Shown here piece by piece: positions 49,975-59,747 of a DNA stretch of 64,000 bases. The stretch is from an uncultured Rikenellaceae bacterium. GTDB lineage: Bacteria; Bacteroidota; Bacteroidia; Bacteroidales; VadinHA17. Numbering within the stretch: position 1 is the first letter of the stretch; each line of letters begins with the position of its first letter. The stretch is taken from positions 9,666-73,665 of the forward strand of contig CAZRDX010000040.1 in assembly GCA_964599235.1 (NCBI GenBank), in the 5' to 3' direction. The notes under the pieces were generated by a model that ran no database searches, was not told where the DNA came from, and worked only from the letters and a program-made list of their open reading frames with translations. Made by a program: the position numbers and the translations under genes.

Positions 49975-51012
49975 TCATCTTCGCCGGGTCGAATCCCTTA
50001 ACAACACTTCCGGTCTGAGCATGATTTTACTGAAAGATCCATTGTTCTCATTCACTTCCCGGAGAAAAAGTTCCATGCAATGTTTTCCCATGACCTTGCT
50101 TTGCTGGTCGACGGTGGTCAGTGATGGTCTGACATAGGACGTGAACTTTTCGTTGCTGAAACCGGCGACTCCGAACTCTTCCGGGATACGTATTCCCTTT
50201 TCCTGGAGCAACAGGAGAGCCCCCAGGGCCGAATAATCGCTGGCCGAAAACAGGGCATCAGCCCTGAGGCCTTGCTTCAGCACATTTTCCATGGCTTTTT
50301 GGCCTTCTTCGAAAGTCAGGCTGTTGGGTATGATCAGTTCTTCCCTTACGGGGATGCCGTTCTTTTCCAGAGCTTCCAGGTATCCTTCCTTGCGGTCATG
50401 GTAAAGCGCAAGATAGTCGGGACCGGCAAAATGCAGAATGTTCCTGTATCCCATGTCGATCATATGCTGGACCACCTCCCGGGCACCGGCACGGTCATCA
50501 ACACGGATACGGTTCACACTCATCTCTTCCGGAACGCGATCGAAAAAGATAAGGGGTATTCCGGCCTGCAGCACTTTCTCGAAATGATCGAAATGTTTGG
50601 TCTCAAGTCCTATCGACACCAGTATGCCATCCACCCTGGCTCTCAAAAGGGTATCCAGATGTTGTTCTTCTTTTTTGAGGCTGTCATGGGTCTGGCAGAT
50701 GATCACGTTGTACTGGGCTTCGTAGGCGATCTCCTCAATGCCGGCGATGACTCCCGAAAAGAAATCCCTGTTGATCCGCGGGACGATCACGCCGACGGTA
50801 TGACTGTTTCCTTTACGCAATCCGGCTGCCACGGCATTGGGACGGTAATTCATCTTGCGGGCCAGTTCTTTCACACGGTTCCGCATCACTTCCCCTACCC
50901 CTTCCTCATCACGCAACGCCCGTGATACCGTGGATGGCGTTGTGTGCAGAATAGCAGCCAGATCCTTGATCGTGATCTGCCGGACCGTCTTTCGTCGCTC
51001 TTTCATGACCAT
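49975..51012 (-). CDS. LacI family transcriptional regulator
   Basis: HTH ITIKDLAAILHTTPSTVSRALRD plus a periplasmic-binding-protein-like sugar-binding core. Confidence 0.9.
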   Translation of the reverse strand: MVMKERRKTVRQITIKDLAAILHTTPSTVSRALRDEEGVGEVMRNRVKELARKMNYRPNAVAAGLRKGNSHTVGVIVPRINRDFFSGVIAGIEEIAYEAQYNVIICQTHDSLKKEEQHLDTLLRARVDGILVSIGLETKHFDHFEKVLQAGIPLIFFDRVPEEMSVNRIRVDDRAGAREVVQHMIDMGYRNILHFAGPDYLALYHDRKEGYLEALEKNGIPVREELIIPNSLTFEEGQKAMENVLKQGLRADALFSASDYSALGALLLLQEKGIRIPEEFGVAGFSNEKFTSYVRPSLTTVDQQSKVMGKHCMELFLREVNENNGSFSKIMLRPEVLLRDSTRRR

Positions 51013-51037
51013 GACAAAATTAAGAATTTTTCCATTA

Positions 51038-51053
51038 ACACAAACGTTTGTGT
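51038..51053. promoter_or_regulatory. LacI-type operator, 16-bp perfect palindrome ACACAAACGTTTGTGT
   Basis: Perfect dyad with a central CG. It lies 26 nt upstream of the LacI gene ATG and 147 nt upstream of eda, in the divergent intergenic region. Confidence 0.55.
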
Positions 51054-51199
51054 ATATTTGCAGAGAACAATGTCAACGACGATGAAAGTACGGGGAAGAA
51101 GGAAATCTTACTTACTTATCATCAGAAGAATATAAGTATATATCGGAACAATTCTTTTCCTGACAGGCTTGAATGATTCAGCAACCAATGTGATATAAA

Positions 51200-51877
51200 A
51201 TGGCAACACACAGCAGGACAGATGTGATCTTAAAGATCCGGGACACGGGGGTTGTTCCGGTGTTTTACCATCCGGATGCCTCGATCGTGAAAGAGGTGCT
51301 TCAAGCCTGTTACGAGGGGGGGATACGGGTGTTTGAGTTCACCAATCGGGGTGATCTGGCACACGAGGTATTCACCGAGGTGGGACGTTTTTGCCGTGCC
51401 AATTTTCCTGATCTGGTTCTTGGGGCAGGTTCGGTGCCGGACGCTCCCACGGCGGTGCTTTACATGCAGCTGGGAGCATCTTTCGTGGTCTCACCCACCC
51501 TTGACGCGGAGACTGCAAGAGTATGCAACCGCCGCAAGGTGTTGTGGATACCCGGTTGCGGGAGCGCCACGGAGATCCAGCAGGCTCACGATCTGGGAGC
51601 GGAATATGTAAAGATCTTTCCAGGTCAGTCGGTCGGAGGGCCTGCCTTCGTCCGGAACATCCTTGGGCCGATGCCTTGGAGCAGTCTGCTTCCTACCGGG
51701 GGAGTCTCCACCGACAAGAAGAGCCTTCAGGAGTGGTTTGATGCAGGGGTCGCAGCGGTAGGAATGGGTTCAGCCCTTTTCACCCAAAAGCTCATCGCAC
51801 AGAAAGATTTTGCTCTTCTGGAAGAAAAGGTCAAAGAACTTCTTTTCACGATTCGGGAGATAAGAGGGGATCTTTGA
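51200..51877 (+). CDS. eda: KDPG / KHG aldolase
   Basis: About 225 aa. VVPVFYH...GGIRVFEFTNR...VKIFPG has the pattern of class I Eda aldolases, and the gene sits in uronate-pathway context. Confidence 0.85.
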   Translation: MATHSRTDVILKIRDTGVVPVFYHPDASIVKEVLQACYEGGIRVFEFTNRGDLAHEVFTEVGRFCRANFPDLVLGAGSVPDAPTAVLYMQLGASFVVSPTLDAETARVCNRRKVLWIPGCGSATEIQQAHDLGAEYVKIFPGQSVGGPAFVRNILGPMPWSSLLPTGGVSTDKKSLQEWFDAGVAAVGMGSALFTQKLIAQKDFALLEEKVKELLFTIREIRGDL

Positions 51878-51945
51878 CCCTGTCCAGGATCGATGGATTT
51901 TGTCACAGGTAATGGATTAGCACGGTTTTTGTGGATATTTACGGC

Positions 51946-52314
51946 GGAGCAGACCGTCCTGTCGCCGTCCTTCGGGACGGAGGAAAGTCCGGACAACAGA
52001 GAGCACCGCACTTCCTAACGGGAAGATGTCCGTGAGGGCATAGTACCGGAACAGAAAATGACCGCCCCGCGATGCGGGGTAAGGGTGAAAAGGTGAGGTA
52101 AGAGCTCACCGGTGTCCGGGGTGACCCGGGCAGCCGTCCGGCTTGCGGGTTGAAAGACCATGTATACCGGCGTTTGAGGGTTGCTCGCCCGATGCCGGGG
52201 GGTAGGTCGCTTGAGGCACATGGTGACATGTGTCCCAGATAAATGACAGGAAGCCTTGCAAACTCTCGGGAAGAAACATGCAAGGCTACAGAATCCGGCT
52301 TACAGGTCTGCTCC
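51946..52314 (+). ncRNA. rnpB: RNase P RNA, bacterial type A
   Basis: Universal motifs GGAGGAAAGTCCGGAC and ACAGAATCCGGCTTA. P1 pairing GGAGCAGACC (51946-51955) with GGTCTGCTCC (52305-52314). GGTAAGGGTGAAA and GGTAAGAGC elements are present. Confidence 0.92.
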
Positions 52315-54195
52315 TTTTTCTTTTTCCCTCAAAAGGTTCCCGATCTTCTCCAGTAAGAGGGAGGCCTGTATGGGCTTGGCCAGGTAATCATCGAAACCAC
52401 TTTCAAGACAGTGCTTCCTTTCGTTGGCCATGGCAAATGCTGTCTGAGCGATGGCTGGAATATGGGGCAGATGGGTCCTGATCTCACGCAAGGCACGGAT
52501 GCCATCCATTTCCGGCATGCGTAGATCCATCAGCAACAGGTCAGGTCGATGAGCCAAAGCCATGTCAACAGCCTGACTGCCTGTCCAGGCATGCCTGAGA
52601 AGCACGCCGGTAGGCTCCAGGAGGGCTTTCAGAAGATCATAATTGGTGGGTTCGTCTTCCGCGACCAGGATGGTATATCCATGCCAGTCGGGCCGTTTCC
52701 CGCTTACTTTGCCCGTATCCTTCCCTGTTCCGGAGAACTCTTTCCTGTAAAAAACACCCGGAAAGGAAACCGTGAATCTGGTTCCTTGTCCGAGTGTGGA
52801 TTCAAGCCTCAGCGTTCCTTCCATCTGTTCCACAAGGCTGCGCGTGATGGCAAGTCCCAAACCGGCACCTCCGTATCTGCGAGTGATGGAATTGTCCACC
52901 TGTCTGAAACGTTCAAATATGGTCGTTTGTTCTTCCAACGGGATACCGGGACCGGTGTCTTCGACCCTAAAGACAACCTTTTTCCCAGATATTCCGCAAG
53001 AAACGTTCACGTATCCTTCTTCAGTGAACTTCAATGCATTGCTGACAAGATTGACCAGCACCTGACGGATACGGTGAGGGTCCCCCTCCAGCCATGGATC
53101 CGCTTCACATCCTGCCCGTAAAAAATTCAGCATGAGGTGCTTCTTTCCGAACTTGTGCTGTTGTTCACGGGCCACGGCCTCTATCTCTTTCAGGAAGGCT
53201 GCCAGGGAAAATTTCTCCCGGTTGATCATAATCTGTCCGGCCTCGATCTTGGAGATGTCAAGAATGTCATTGATCAGATGCAGAAGAGATTCACTGCTTT
53301 GCTCAATGTAGTGCAGGTATTCCTTCTTGCGGTCATAGGGAACACGTGGATCAGCAAGCATACCCGAGAATCCGACAATAGCGTTCAAGGGGGTCCGGAT
53401 CTCATGGGACATATTGGTAAGAAAAGCCGTTTTGAGACGGTCCGATTCCTCCGCTTTCTTCAAAGCCTCTTCCAGCTCCTTTTTTCTTCGCAGTTCTTCC
53501 GTAATATCACGGAAAGTTGAGACCACATACGCGGGCTTCTCCTCTTCCCTGTCAAATACGGCAGCCGTGGAGGCCTCGAGGTAAAAACGGCTCCCATCAG
53601 GTCTCCTCATCTCATATATTTTGTTGAGCAAAGAGCCTTCCCTTGTGAACCGTCCTTCAAGATCGACCGAACGACGGGTCTCAGGGGTCATCAGATCATA
53701 CATGTTAAGCCCCTTGGTTCCCTGATCAGGAGGCAGATGAAAGATCTCCAGTGCTTTTCGGTTGGCCAGAAGGATATCCCCTTTCCTGTCGATAATGGCC
53801 ACTCCAACAAGCGAAGCTTCGAAAGCGATACGAAAAAAATCACGGCCTTTCTCTTCGCCTTCCAGCGGGGTTCCAGCAAGCCAGACCCCTTTCTTGTTTC
53901 TATGGACGACCTTCCAGAAGATCTTCCCGGGAGCAATCTTCTGCGACCAGGGCCGGCTGGTCCATGCAACTTTCTCACCCGTCCTTATTTCGTTAAGGAG
54001 TCTCTCCCATCCTGCTTCTCCTGTTCCGGTGGCCTTTGCAACATATTTCTGATCCCCTACCTCTTCCGCGTCCCGAATTTGTTCACGCATGTACCGGGAC
54101 ATATAGGTAACTGTGCCGGTGTAGTCGACAGCTACCAGAAAAACGGGCAATTGGTCCAGAAGAGCGACCGGTACCCTGTCCGGGGGGTCAACCAT
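52300..54195 (-). CDS. Cytoplasmic hybrid sensor histidine kinase (PAS, HisKA, HATPase_c, REC)
   Basis: H-box FLTNMSHEIRTPLNAI, G-box GGAGLGLAI and receiver ILVAEDEP...LLLMDLRMPEMDG...KP. No TM segment seen. Confidence 0.88.
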   Translation of the reverse strand: MVDPPDRVPVALLDQLPVFLVAVDYTGTVTYMSRYMREQIRDAEEVGDQKYVAKATGTGEAGWERLLNEIRTGEKVAWTSRPWSQKIAPGKIFWKVVHRNKKGVWLAGTPLEGEEKGRDFFRIAFEASLVGVAIIDRKGDILLANRKALEIFHLPPDQGTKGLNMYDLMTPETRRSVDLEGRFTREGSLLNKIYEMRRPDGSRFYLEASTAAVFDREEEKPAYVVSTFRDITEELRRKKELEEALKKAEESDRLKTAFLTNMSHEIRTPLNAIVGFSGMLADPRVPYDRKKEYLHYIEQSSESLLHLINDILDISKIEAGQIMINREKFSLAAFLKEIEAVAREQQHKFGKKHLMLNFLRAGCEADPWLEGDPHRIRQVLVNLVSNALKFTEEGYVNVSCGISGKKVVFRVEDTGPGIPLEEQTTIFERFRQVDNSITRRYGGAGLGLAITRSLVEQMEGTLRLESTLGQGTRFTVSFPGVFYRKEFSGTGKDTGKVSGKRPDWHGYTILVAEDEPTNYDLLKALLEPTGVLLRHAWTGSQAVDMALAHRPDLLLMDLRMPEMDGIRALREIRTHLPHIPAIAQTAFAMANERKHCLESGFDDYLAKPIQASLLLEKIGNLLREKEKGADL

Positions 54196-56255
54196 CAGAG
54201 GAATTTTTTGATCTCCCTGAGGAGTTTATCCACCTGCAAAGGCTTGGCAAGATAGGCATCACAGCCTGCTTTCAGGCATTTTCTCTCTTCCTCCGGCGAA
54301 GCATAAGCGGTTTGTGCGATCACCGGTATCTCGGAAAATTTCTTTTTGATTAAGAGGGTAGCCTCGTAGCCGTTCATTACGGGCATCTCAATATCCATCA
54401 ACACCAGGTCCACGGATCGTCCCTGATGCTGTTCAAGGAAATGGACCACTTCTTTTCCATTGCCCGCATGATATACCTGGAATCCTGCTTTCTCCAGTAC
54501 TTCCTGAAGATATTTGTAGTTGAACTCATCATCCTCGGCAATGAGAATGCTTTTGCCCAGGGTACTTTCGCGGAACGTGATGCTCGCACCGCCGGAGAGA
54601 CGAAGGCCTACACTGATGTCATTTTCAAGACTTTTCAGGGGAATGGTAAAAAAGAACTGGGAACCTTTGCCTTCCTCCGAGATCACCCAGATCCTGCCTC
54701 CCAAAAGTTCCGTAAGACGTTTTGAAATAGCCAGTCCCAGGCCGGTTCCAGGATAGACTCGCGTTTTGGAATTGTCCACCTGCCGAAAACGTTCAAAGAT
54801 CACTTCTTTCTTGTCTTCGGGAATACCTATGCCGGTATCCTTGACATAGAACAGGATCTCTTTCCGATTGGGAGTGATCTGATAACCGAACTCCACATAA
54901 CCTTCATGGGTGAACTTGATAGCATTGCTGATAAGGTTGTTGAGGATCTGTCGCAAACGAAGCGGATCGGTCTTCACCTTGAAGGGGAGCCGCTGGTCCG
55001 GTCCGCTGCGCCGCAGTTCCACCGATTCTGCCCGATGATGGCTTACGACAAGTTCCGAGAAAGTGGTCTCCAGAGAATCCATCATCTCATCGATGTTCAC
55101 GTACTCCTCGCGAATGTTGATCTGGCCGGCCTCCAGACGGGCCAGGTCCAGGATGTCGTCAATGAGCCTCAGAAGGCTGTCCCCGCTGTTCTTGATGATG
55201 TTGACATATTCTTTCTTCTGCTCCGGTGTTAGTTCCTCCATGGACAGAAGCTGCGCAAACCCCAGGATGGCGTTCATGGGAGTACGTATCTCATGGGACA
55301 TGTTGGTCAGGAAAGCCGTCTTCATCCTGTCGGCCTCCTCTGCTTTTTCTTTGGCAGCCCTCAGGTTGCGTTCCACTTCTTTCCATTTTCCTATATCCCT
55401 GTACAGCGCATAGATGATCGTTTTGTCGTGAGATATCCGGAAGGGAGTGATCACGAGGGATACATGGATCTTTTCCCCGCTTTTTTTCTTTCTCACCGTT
55501 TCTGTTTCGATCATCTCTCCCTGAAAGGAGCGTTCGGTGTAAGAACGTGCATCTTCCAGGTATTCTTCCGGGACGATCAGATCATCGAGCTTTTTCCCGA
55601 TGGCCTCACCCTCCTTAAAACCGAATAGACGGTTGAATGCCACGTTCGCATCAGTGATGATCCCGGGGTATTCCTGGATGACCGTAGCTTCGGGGATGTT
55701 CTGGAAAAGTTGTTCGAAATAAGTTTTTTCGATACGTAATTCCTCTTCCCTTTGTATCTTTTCAATGGCAAGTCCGATCTGGTAGGATACCAGTTCGAGG
55801 ATGTTCTTATCCGCCTCGGTATAGGTATTTTCGTCGGTATAGCTTTGTACACCCACCATGCCGATGATCCGGTCCTGAACACGCAAAGGAGCCCCTACCC
55901 AGACCTTGGAGTCGCTACCAACTAGCTCCACCTCTCCCCTCTTGACCAGCTCCCTGAATTCTTTCTCCCTGACCAGCAAAGCCTTTTTGGTCTTGACGAC
56001 ATAATAGGAAAGTGTCCCGGCAGCAGGTACACGCTCGAAATGGTCCTTCATGTCACTGAAGAACGGCATCGTGAATGTTTCATCTTCGGGATGGTACAAG
56101 GCAATGTAGAAGTTCGTCGTATCCATCAGTTTCCCCAACTGTTCCCGCACAAAAGCGGTCAGCTCCCTCAGATCCTTCGTAAAAACCGTCGCATTGGAGA
56201 TCTCCAGCAGCGTTTTCAGTACCTTCTCCTGATCAAAACCTTTTTCTTTCAACAT
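54195..56255 (-). CDS. Cytoplasmic hybrid sensor histidine kinase (GAF, PAS, HisKA, HATPase_c, REC)
   Basis: GAF-like N-terminus, H-box FLTNMSHEIRTPMNAI, GTGLGLAI and receiver ILIAEDDE...LVLMDIEMPVMNG...KP. The stop shares 1 nt with the downstream ATG. Confidence 0.88.
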   Translation of the reverse strand: MLKEKGFDQEKVLKTLLEISNATVFTKDLRELTAFVREQLGKLMDTTNFYIALYHPEDETFTMPFFSDMKDHFERVPAAGTLSYYVVKTKKALLVREKEFRELVKRGEVELVGSDSKVWVGAPLRVQDRIIGMVGVQSYTDENTYTEADKNILELVSYQIGLAIEKIQREEELRIEKTYFEQLFQNIPEATVIQEYPGIITDANVAFNRLFGFKEGEAIGKKLDDLIVPEEYLEDARSYTERSFQGEMIETETVRKKKSGEKIHVSLVITPFRISHDKTIIYALYRDIGKWKEVERNLRAAKEKAEEADRMKTAFLTNMSHEIRTPMNAILGFAQLLSMEELTPEQKKEYVNIIKNSGDSLLRLIDDILDLARLEAGQINIREEYVNIDEMMDSLETTFSELVVSHHRAESVELRRSGPDQRLPFKVKTDPLRLRQILNNLISNAIKFTHEGYVEFGYQITPNRKEILFYVKDTGIGIPEDKKEVIFERFRQVDNSKTRVYPGTGLGLAISKRLTELLGGRIWVISEEGKGSQFFFTIPLKSLENDISVGLRLSGGASITFRESTLGKSILIAEDDEFNYKYLQEVLEKAGFQVYHAGNGKEVVHFLEQHQGRSVDLVLMDIEMPVMNGYEATLLIKKKFSEIPVIAQTAYASPEEERKCLKAGCDAYLAKPLQVDKLLREIKKFL

Positions 56256-56373
56256 CTTACTCCTTTAAATGTTCACGCTACAAAAACCCACTAAATTTAA
56301 CAACTATTTCTCAAGTGAAGTATCTATCTAAACCGATTTTATGACGGATTTGTTATTTTTACGGACGAAGTAA

Positions 56374-57855
56374 ATGAATTTTTTGTTTATGGCAGAAAAA
56401 ACCGTCCTAGTCCTGGATTGCGGAGCTACGAACATACGCACCATTGCCGTGAACGATCGAGGAAGCATCGTTGCGGTCTCCTCTCTTTCCAACAACACGC
56501 GTCCCGATCCTGTGAACCCTTCCTTCCGTATTTGGGATGTGGAAGAGATCTGGAGAAAATTCTCCCACACTACCCGTGAAGTATTGGAAAAGATTGACGG
56601 AAGTGAGATTGCAGCCATAACCGTCACCACCTTTGGTGTGGACGGAGCACCTTTCGACGGGGAAGGCAGAATGATCTATCCGGTGATCTCATGGCAATGT
56701 CCCCGTACCGTTCCGGTCATGGAGAACATTGGGAAATACATCGAACTGAACGAACTTTATCGTATCACCGGGTTACAACCCTATGCCTTCAACACCATCA
56801 ACAAACTGATCTGGCTTCGTGAGAACGAACCGGAGGTTGTGGACCGGATGGAAGCTTTTCTTTTCATACCATCCATTTTTCTTTATTTCCTGACAGGCGA
56901 GATGGTAACCGACATGACGATGGCCGGTACGTCTATGCTTACCGATCTCCGGAAACGCAGTTTTTCGAAGACCATTCTCAACCGTATAGGTCTTTCAGAA
57001 CGTCTTTTCCCCGTTCCTACCGAACCGGGAAATGTGATCGGGACCGTGAAAGGCCGCAAAGCATCAGAACTGGGACTACCGGAGGGCATTCCCGTGGTGG
57101 TGGCAGGCCATGACACCCAGTTTGCCATTTTTGGTTCAGGTGCCGAAGAGAATGAGCCGGTGCTCAGCTCCGGAACGTGGGAGATCCTGATGGTTCGCAC
57201 TTCCCGGGCCCAGCCCGGTCCTGAACTTCTGCAAAAGGGTGTCACCCACGAACTGGACGTACTGCCGGGACTGGTGAATACGGGCATTCAGTGGATCGCC
57301 TCCGGTATGCTCGAATGGATACGCAGGAATTTCTATCTTCCCGAAAAAGACCGGAAAGATATTTATGAGATCATGATCGATGAGGCACGACAGATAGAGG
57401 CAGGCAGTAAAGGTGTCCGGATCGATCCCTCTTTTTACGGTTCCGGCGGCGGTTCGATCACGGGACTTACGATGGACACTCCCCGGGCAGCCATCTACCG
57501 TGCAGCCTTGGAATCACTCGTATGCAAGACCAAACACAGTCTGAACATCCTGGAGGATGCAGGGGGTTTTCAGTCGCGTCAGCTTTTGCTGGTGGGTGGA
57601 GGAGCCAAGAACAGGCTGTGGAATCAGCTGAGGGCCGACATTCTGGGTATCCCTGTCAAAGTGGTCAAACAGAAAGAAACCACCGTTCTCGGTGCGGCCC
57701 TTTTTGCCCTGGCCGGCACAGGTCTCTATGCATCCCCGGAACAAGCACGCGCAAATGTTCAGTATGAGACCGAAGACTATTCTCCTACAGAGAAAGACCG
57801 GAAACTTTATGAATCGCTCTATGAGCGTTATCTTGAGATCTTCGAAGGTTCCTGA
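56374..57855 (+). CDS. fucK: L-fuculokinase (FGGY family)
   Basis: Close parallels to E. coli FucK: VLVLDCGATNIRTIAVN, TTFGVDGAPFD, YPVISWQCPRT and GHDTQFAIFGSGAEENEPVLSSGTWEILMVR. An alternative ATG is at 56389. Confidence 0.9.
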   Translation: MNFLFMAEKTVLVLDCGATNIRTIAVNDRGSIVAVSSLSNNTRPDPVNPSFRIWDVEEIWRKFSHTTREVLEKIDGSEIAAITVTTFGVDGAPFDGEGRMIYPVISWQCPRTVPVMENIGKYIELNELYRITGLQPYAFNTINKLIWLRENEPEVVDRMEAFLFIPSIFLYFLTGEMVTDMTMAGTSMLTDLRKRSFSKTILNRIGLSERLFPVPTEPGNVIGTVKGRKASELGLPEGIPVVVAGHDTQFAIFGSGAEENEPVLSSGTWEILMVRTSRAQPGPELLQKGVTHELDVLPGLVNTGIQWIASGMLEWIRRNFYLPEKDRKDIYEIMIDEARQIEAGSKGVRIDPSFYGSGGGSITGLTMDTPRAAIYRAALESLVCKTKHSLNILEDAGGFQSRQLLLVGGGAKNRLWNQLRADILGIPVKVVKQKETTVLGAALFALAGTGLYASPEQARANVQYETEDYSPTEKDRKLYESLYERYLEIFEGS

Positions 57856-57865
57856 TGAGAAATGA

Positions 57866-57890
57866 AAAAGGCCGGGATCCCGGCCTTTTT
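57866..57890. terminator. Bidirectional rho-independent terminator between fucK and fucI
   Basis: AAAAAGGCCGGG atc CCGGCCTTTTT: a GC-rich stem flanked by an A-run and a T-run. Confidence 0.75.
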
Positions 57891-57910
57891 CATCATCATT
57901 CAAACCAACA

Positions 57911-59710
57911 TTACCTGTACAACGGGCCATAGGTTTTGCAGGCCCTGAAATCGGCGCCTTCTACATCGGCGGTACCGAACATCGACCAGGCTGCCGGACG
58001 ATAGATGCGCTCTGGCTCTACGTTGTGCATGTTCACGGGGATACGCAGCATCGATGCCAGTGTGATCAGTTTGTCGCCAATATGGCCGTAACTGATCGCT
58101 CCGTGATTGGCTCCCCAGTTGGCCATAACGGTATAGACATCACGGAACGCCCCCTGTCCAGTCAGTTTGGGTACGAACCAGGTGGTCGGCCAGGTGGGAT
58201 TGGTCCTTTGGTCAAGGATGCGATGTACCTCAGGGTCCAGGTCCACCGTATACCCTTCGGCGATCTGCAGAACAGGGCCTAATCCCTTGACGATATTGAT
58301 CCGCGACATCGTCACGGGCATCTCACCCTGGGTCAGGAACTGCGAAGAGAATCCGCCGCCGCGGAAATACTCATAGGCGGCCGGCGGCCAGTGGGTGTTG
58401 GCCAGACATCTTTCCACATCCTCCCGGGTCACTTCCCAGAAAGGCTTCATCACAGAATTCCCATGCTCGTCCTTCATCTGGCCCGTAGCATCGAGCGTGG
58501 TCGAACCGGAGTTGATAAGATGGATGATGCCATGGGCGGCCCTTCCTCTCAGCTCCTTGCCTGTCACCCGTTTCACGGCTTCCGGGCTCCAGTAGGTACG
58601 CACATCAGAAAAGATCTGAGCCGTATTGGTCAGAAGATGACCAAACAACATGGAGATACCATTGAGACTGTCGTTCTCGGTAGCCATAATGAAAGGTTCG
58701 CGGATGCCGTTCCAGTCGAACGACGAGTTCAGGATGGCTTCCATGAAGTCGCCGTTGGGAAAATGATCGGTCCACTGTCGCTGCCCCTGGAAACCAGCAG
58801 CAATGGCATTGTGACCCATGGCCTCCTCCTCGAACCCCATCTCTGCCAGACGAGGATTACCCACCATCAGGTCGCGGGCGATGAGGGTCATCTTGACCAC
58901 CACTTCCCATTCCCAGTCTTTGCGTTTTCTATCGCGCCGCAATTCGGGAGGGTTGACGTCCTCTCCTTCCTTACAATATTTTTTCACCCATTTCATGGCA
59001 CGCTCGAACTCTTCCTTGTCGTAGATCCCTTCTTCCATCCTGCGTACCAGTTCGACCATGTCGACCACTTCGGTGCGCATGCCGAGGTAGTCGAGCAGGA
59101 ACTCCTGGTCGACCACGGAGCCGACGATGCCCATGGACATCCCTCCGATGGAGAGGTAGGATTTGTTTCTCATCTCAGCCACGGCGAGTCCTGCCTTGGC
59201 AAAACGCAGCAGTTTTTCCCTGACATCTTCGGGGATGGTCTCGTCGTCGGCATCCTGCACGTCACGGCCGTAGATACTGAATGCCGGCAGTCCCTTCTGG
59301 TTATAACCCGCTTGAGCGGCAGCAAGATAGACGGCACCGGGGCGTTCCGTCCCGTTGAAGCCCCAGATGGCTTTGGGTCGCAGGGGATGGGTATCCATCA
59401 CCTCTGTCCCGTAGCACCAGCATGGGGTAACGGTAAGGCTCACCCCCACCCCTTCTCTTTCAAACTTTTCATCGCAGCGCACTGCTTCTGCCACTCCTCC
59501 GATGGTCGTATCCGCTATGATCACTTCCACCGGCATACCATTGGGATGCCGGAGGTTCTGGCGCAAGAACTCTGCCGCACGACGCGCCATCCCCATCGTC
59601 TGGTTCTCCAATGACTCACGTACGCCTTTGCGTCGTCCGTCGATGACGGGGCGGATCCCTATCTTGGGCAGGCTGCCCTGCAGCCTTTTGGTCCCTTTGA
59701 TCTCTTCCAT
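57911..59710 (-). CDS. fucI: L-fucose isomerase
   Basis: [26 protein letters not shown] parallels the E. coli FucI N-terminus. ATG 59710 gives 599 aa; the track start 59791 runs into the upstream gene. Confidence 0.95.
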   Translation of the reverse strand: MEEIKGTKRLQGSLPKIGIRPVIDGRRKGVRESLENQTMGMARRAAEFLRQNLRHPNGMPVEVIIADTTIGGVAEAVRCDEKFEREGVGVSLTVTPCWCYGTEVMDTHPLRPKAIWGFNGTERPGAVYLAAAQAGYNQKGLPAFSIYGRDVQDADDETIPEDVREKLLRFAKAGLAVAEMRNKSYLSIGGMSMGIVGSVVDQEFLLDYLGMRTEVVDMVELVRRMEEGIYDKEEFERAMKWVKKYCKEGEDVNPPELRRDRKRKDWEWEVVVKMTLIARDLMVGNPRLAEMGFEEEAMGHNAIAAGFQGQRQWTDHFPNGDFMEAILNSSFDWNGIREPFIMATENDSLNGISMLFGHLLTNTAQIFSDVRTYWSPEAVKRVTGKELRGRAAHGIIHLINSGSTTLDATGQMKDEHGNSVMKPFWEVTREDVERCLANTHWPPAAYEYFRGGGFSSQFLTQGEMPVTMSRINIVKGLGPVLQIAEGYTVDLDPEVHRILDQRTNPTWPTTWFVPKLTGQGAFRDVYTVMANWGANHGAISYGHIGDKLITLASMLRIPVNMHNVEPERIYRPAAWSMFGTADVEGADFRACKTYGPLYR

Positions 59711-59747
59711 GTTTCTGCTTTTTTTTTGTAATGAACGTTCGAAATTA

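Noticed and set aside
59733-59740. 8-bp palindrome GAACGTTC between the fucosidase stop and the fucI start, resembling a LacI-type core
   Set aside because: 8-bp palindromes occur hundreds of times by chance at this scale. The flanks do not extend the dyad, and no LacI-family gene is nearby.
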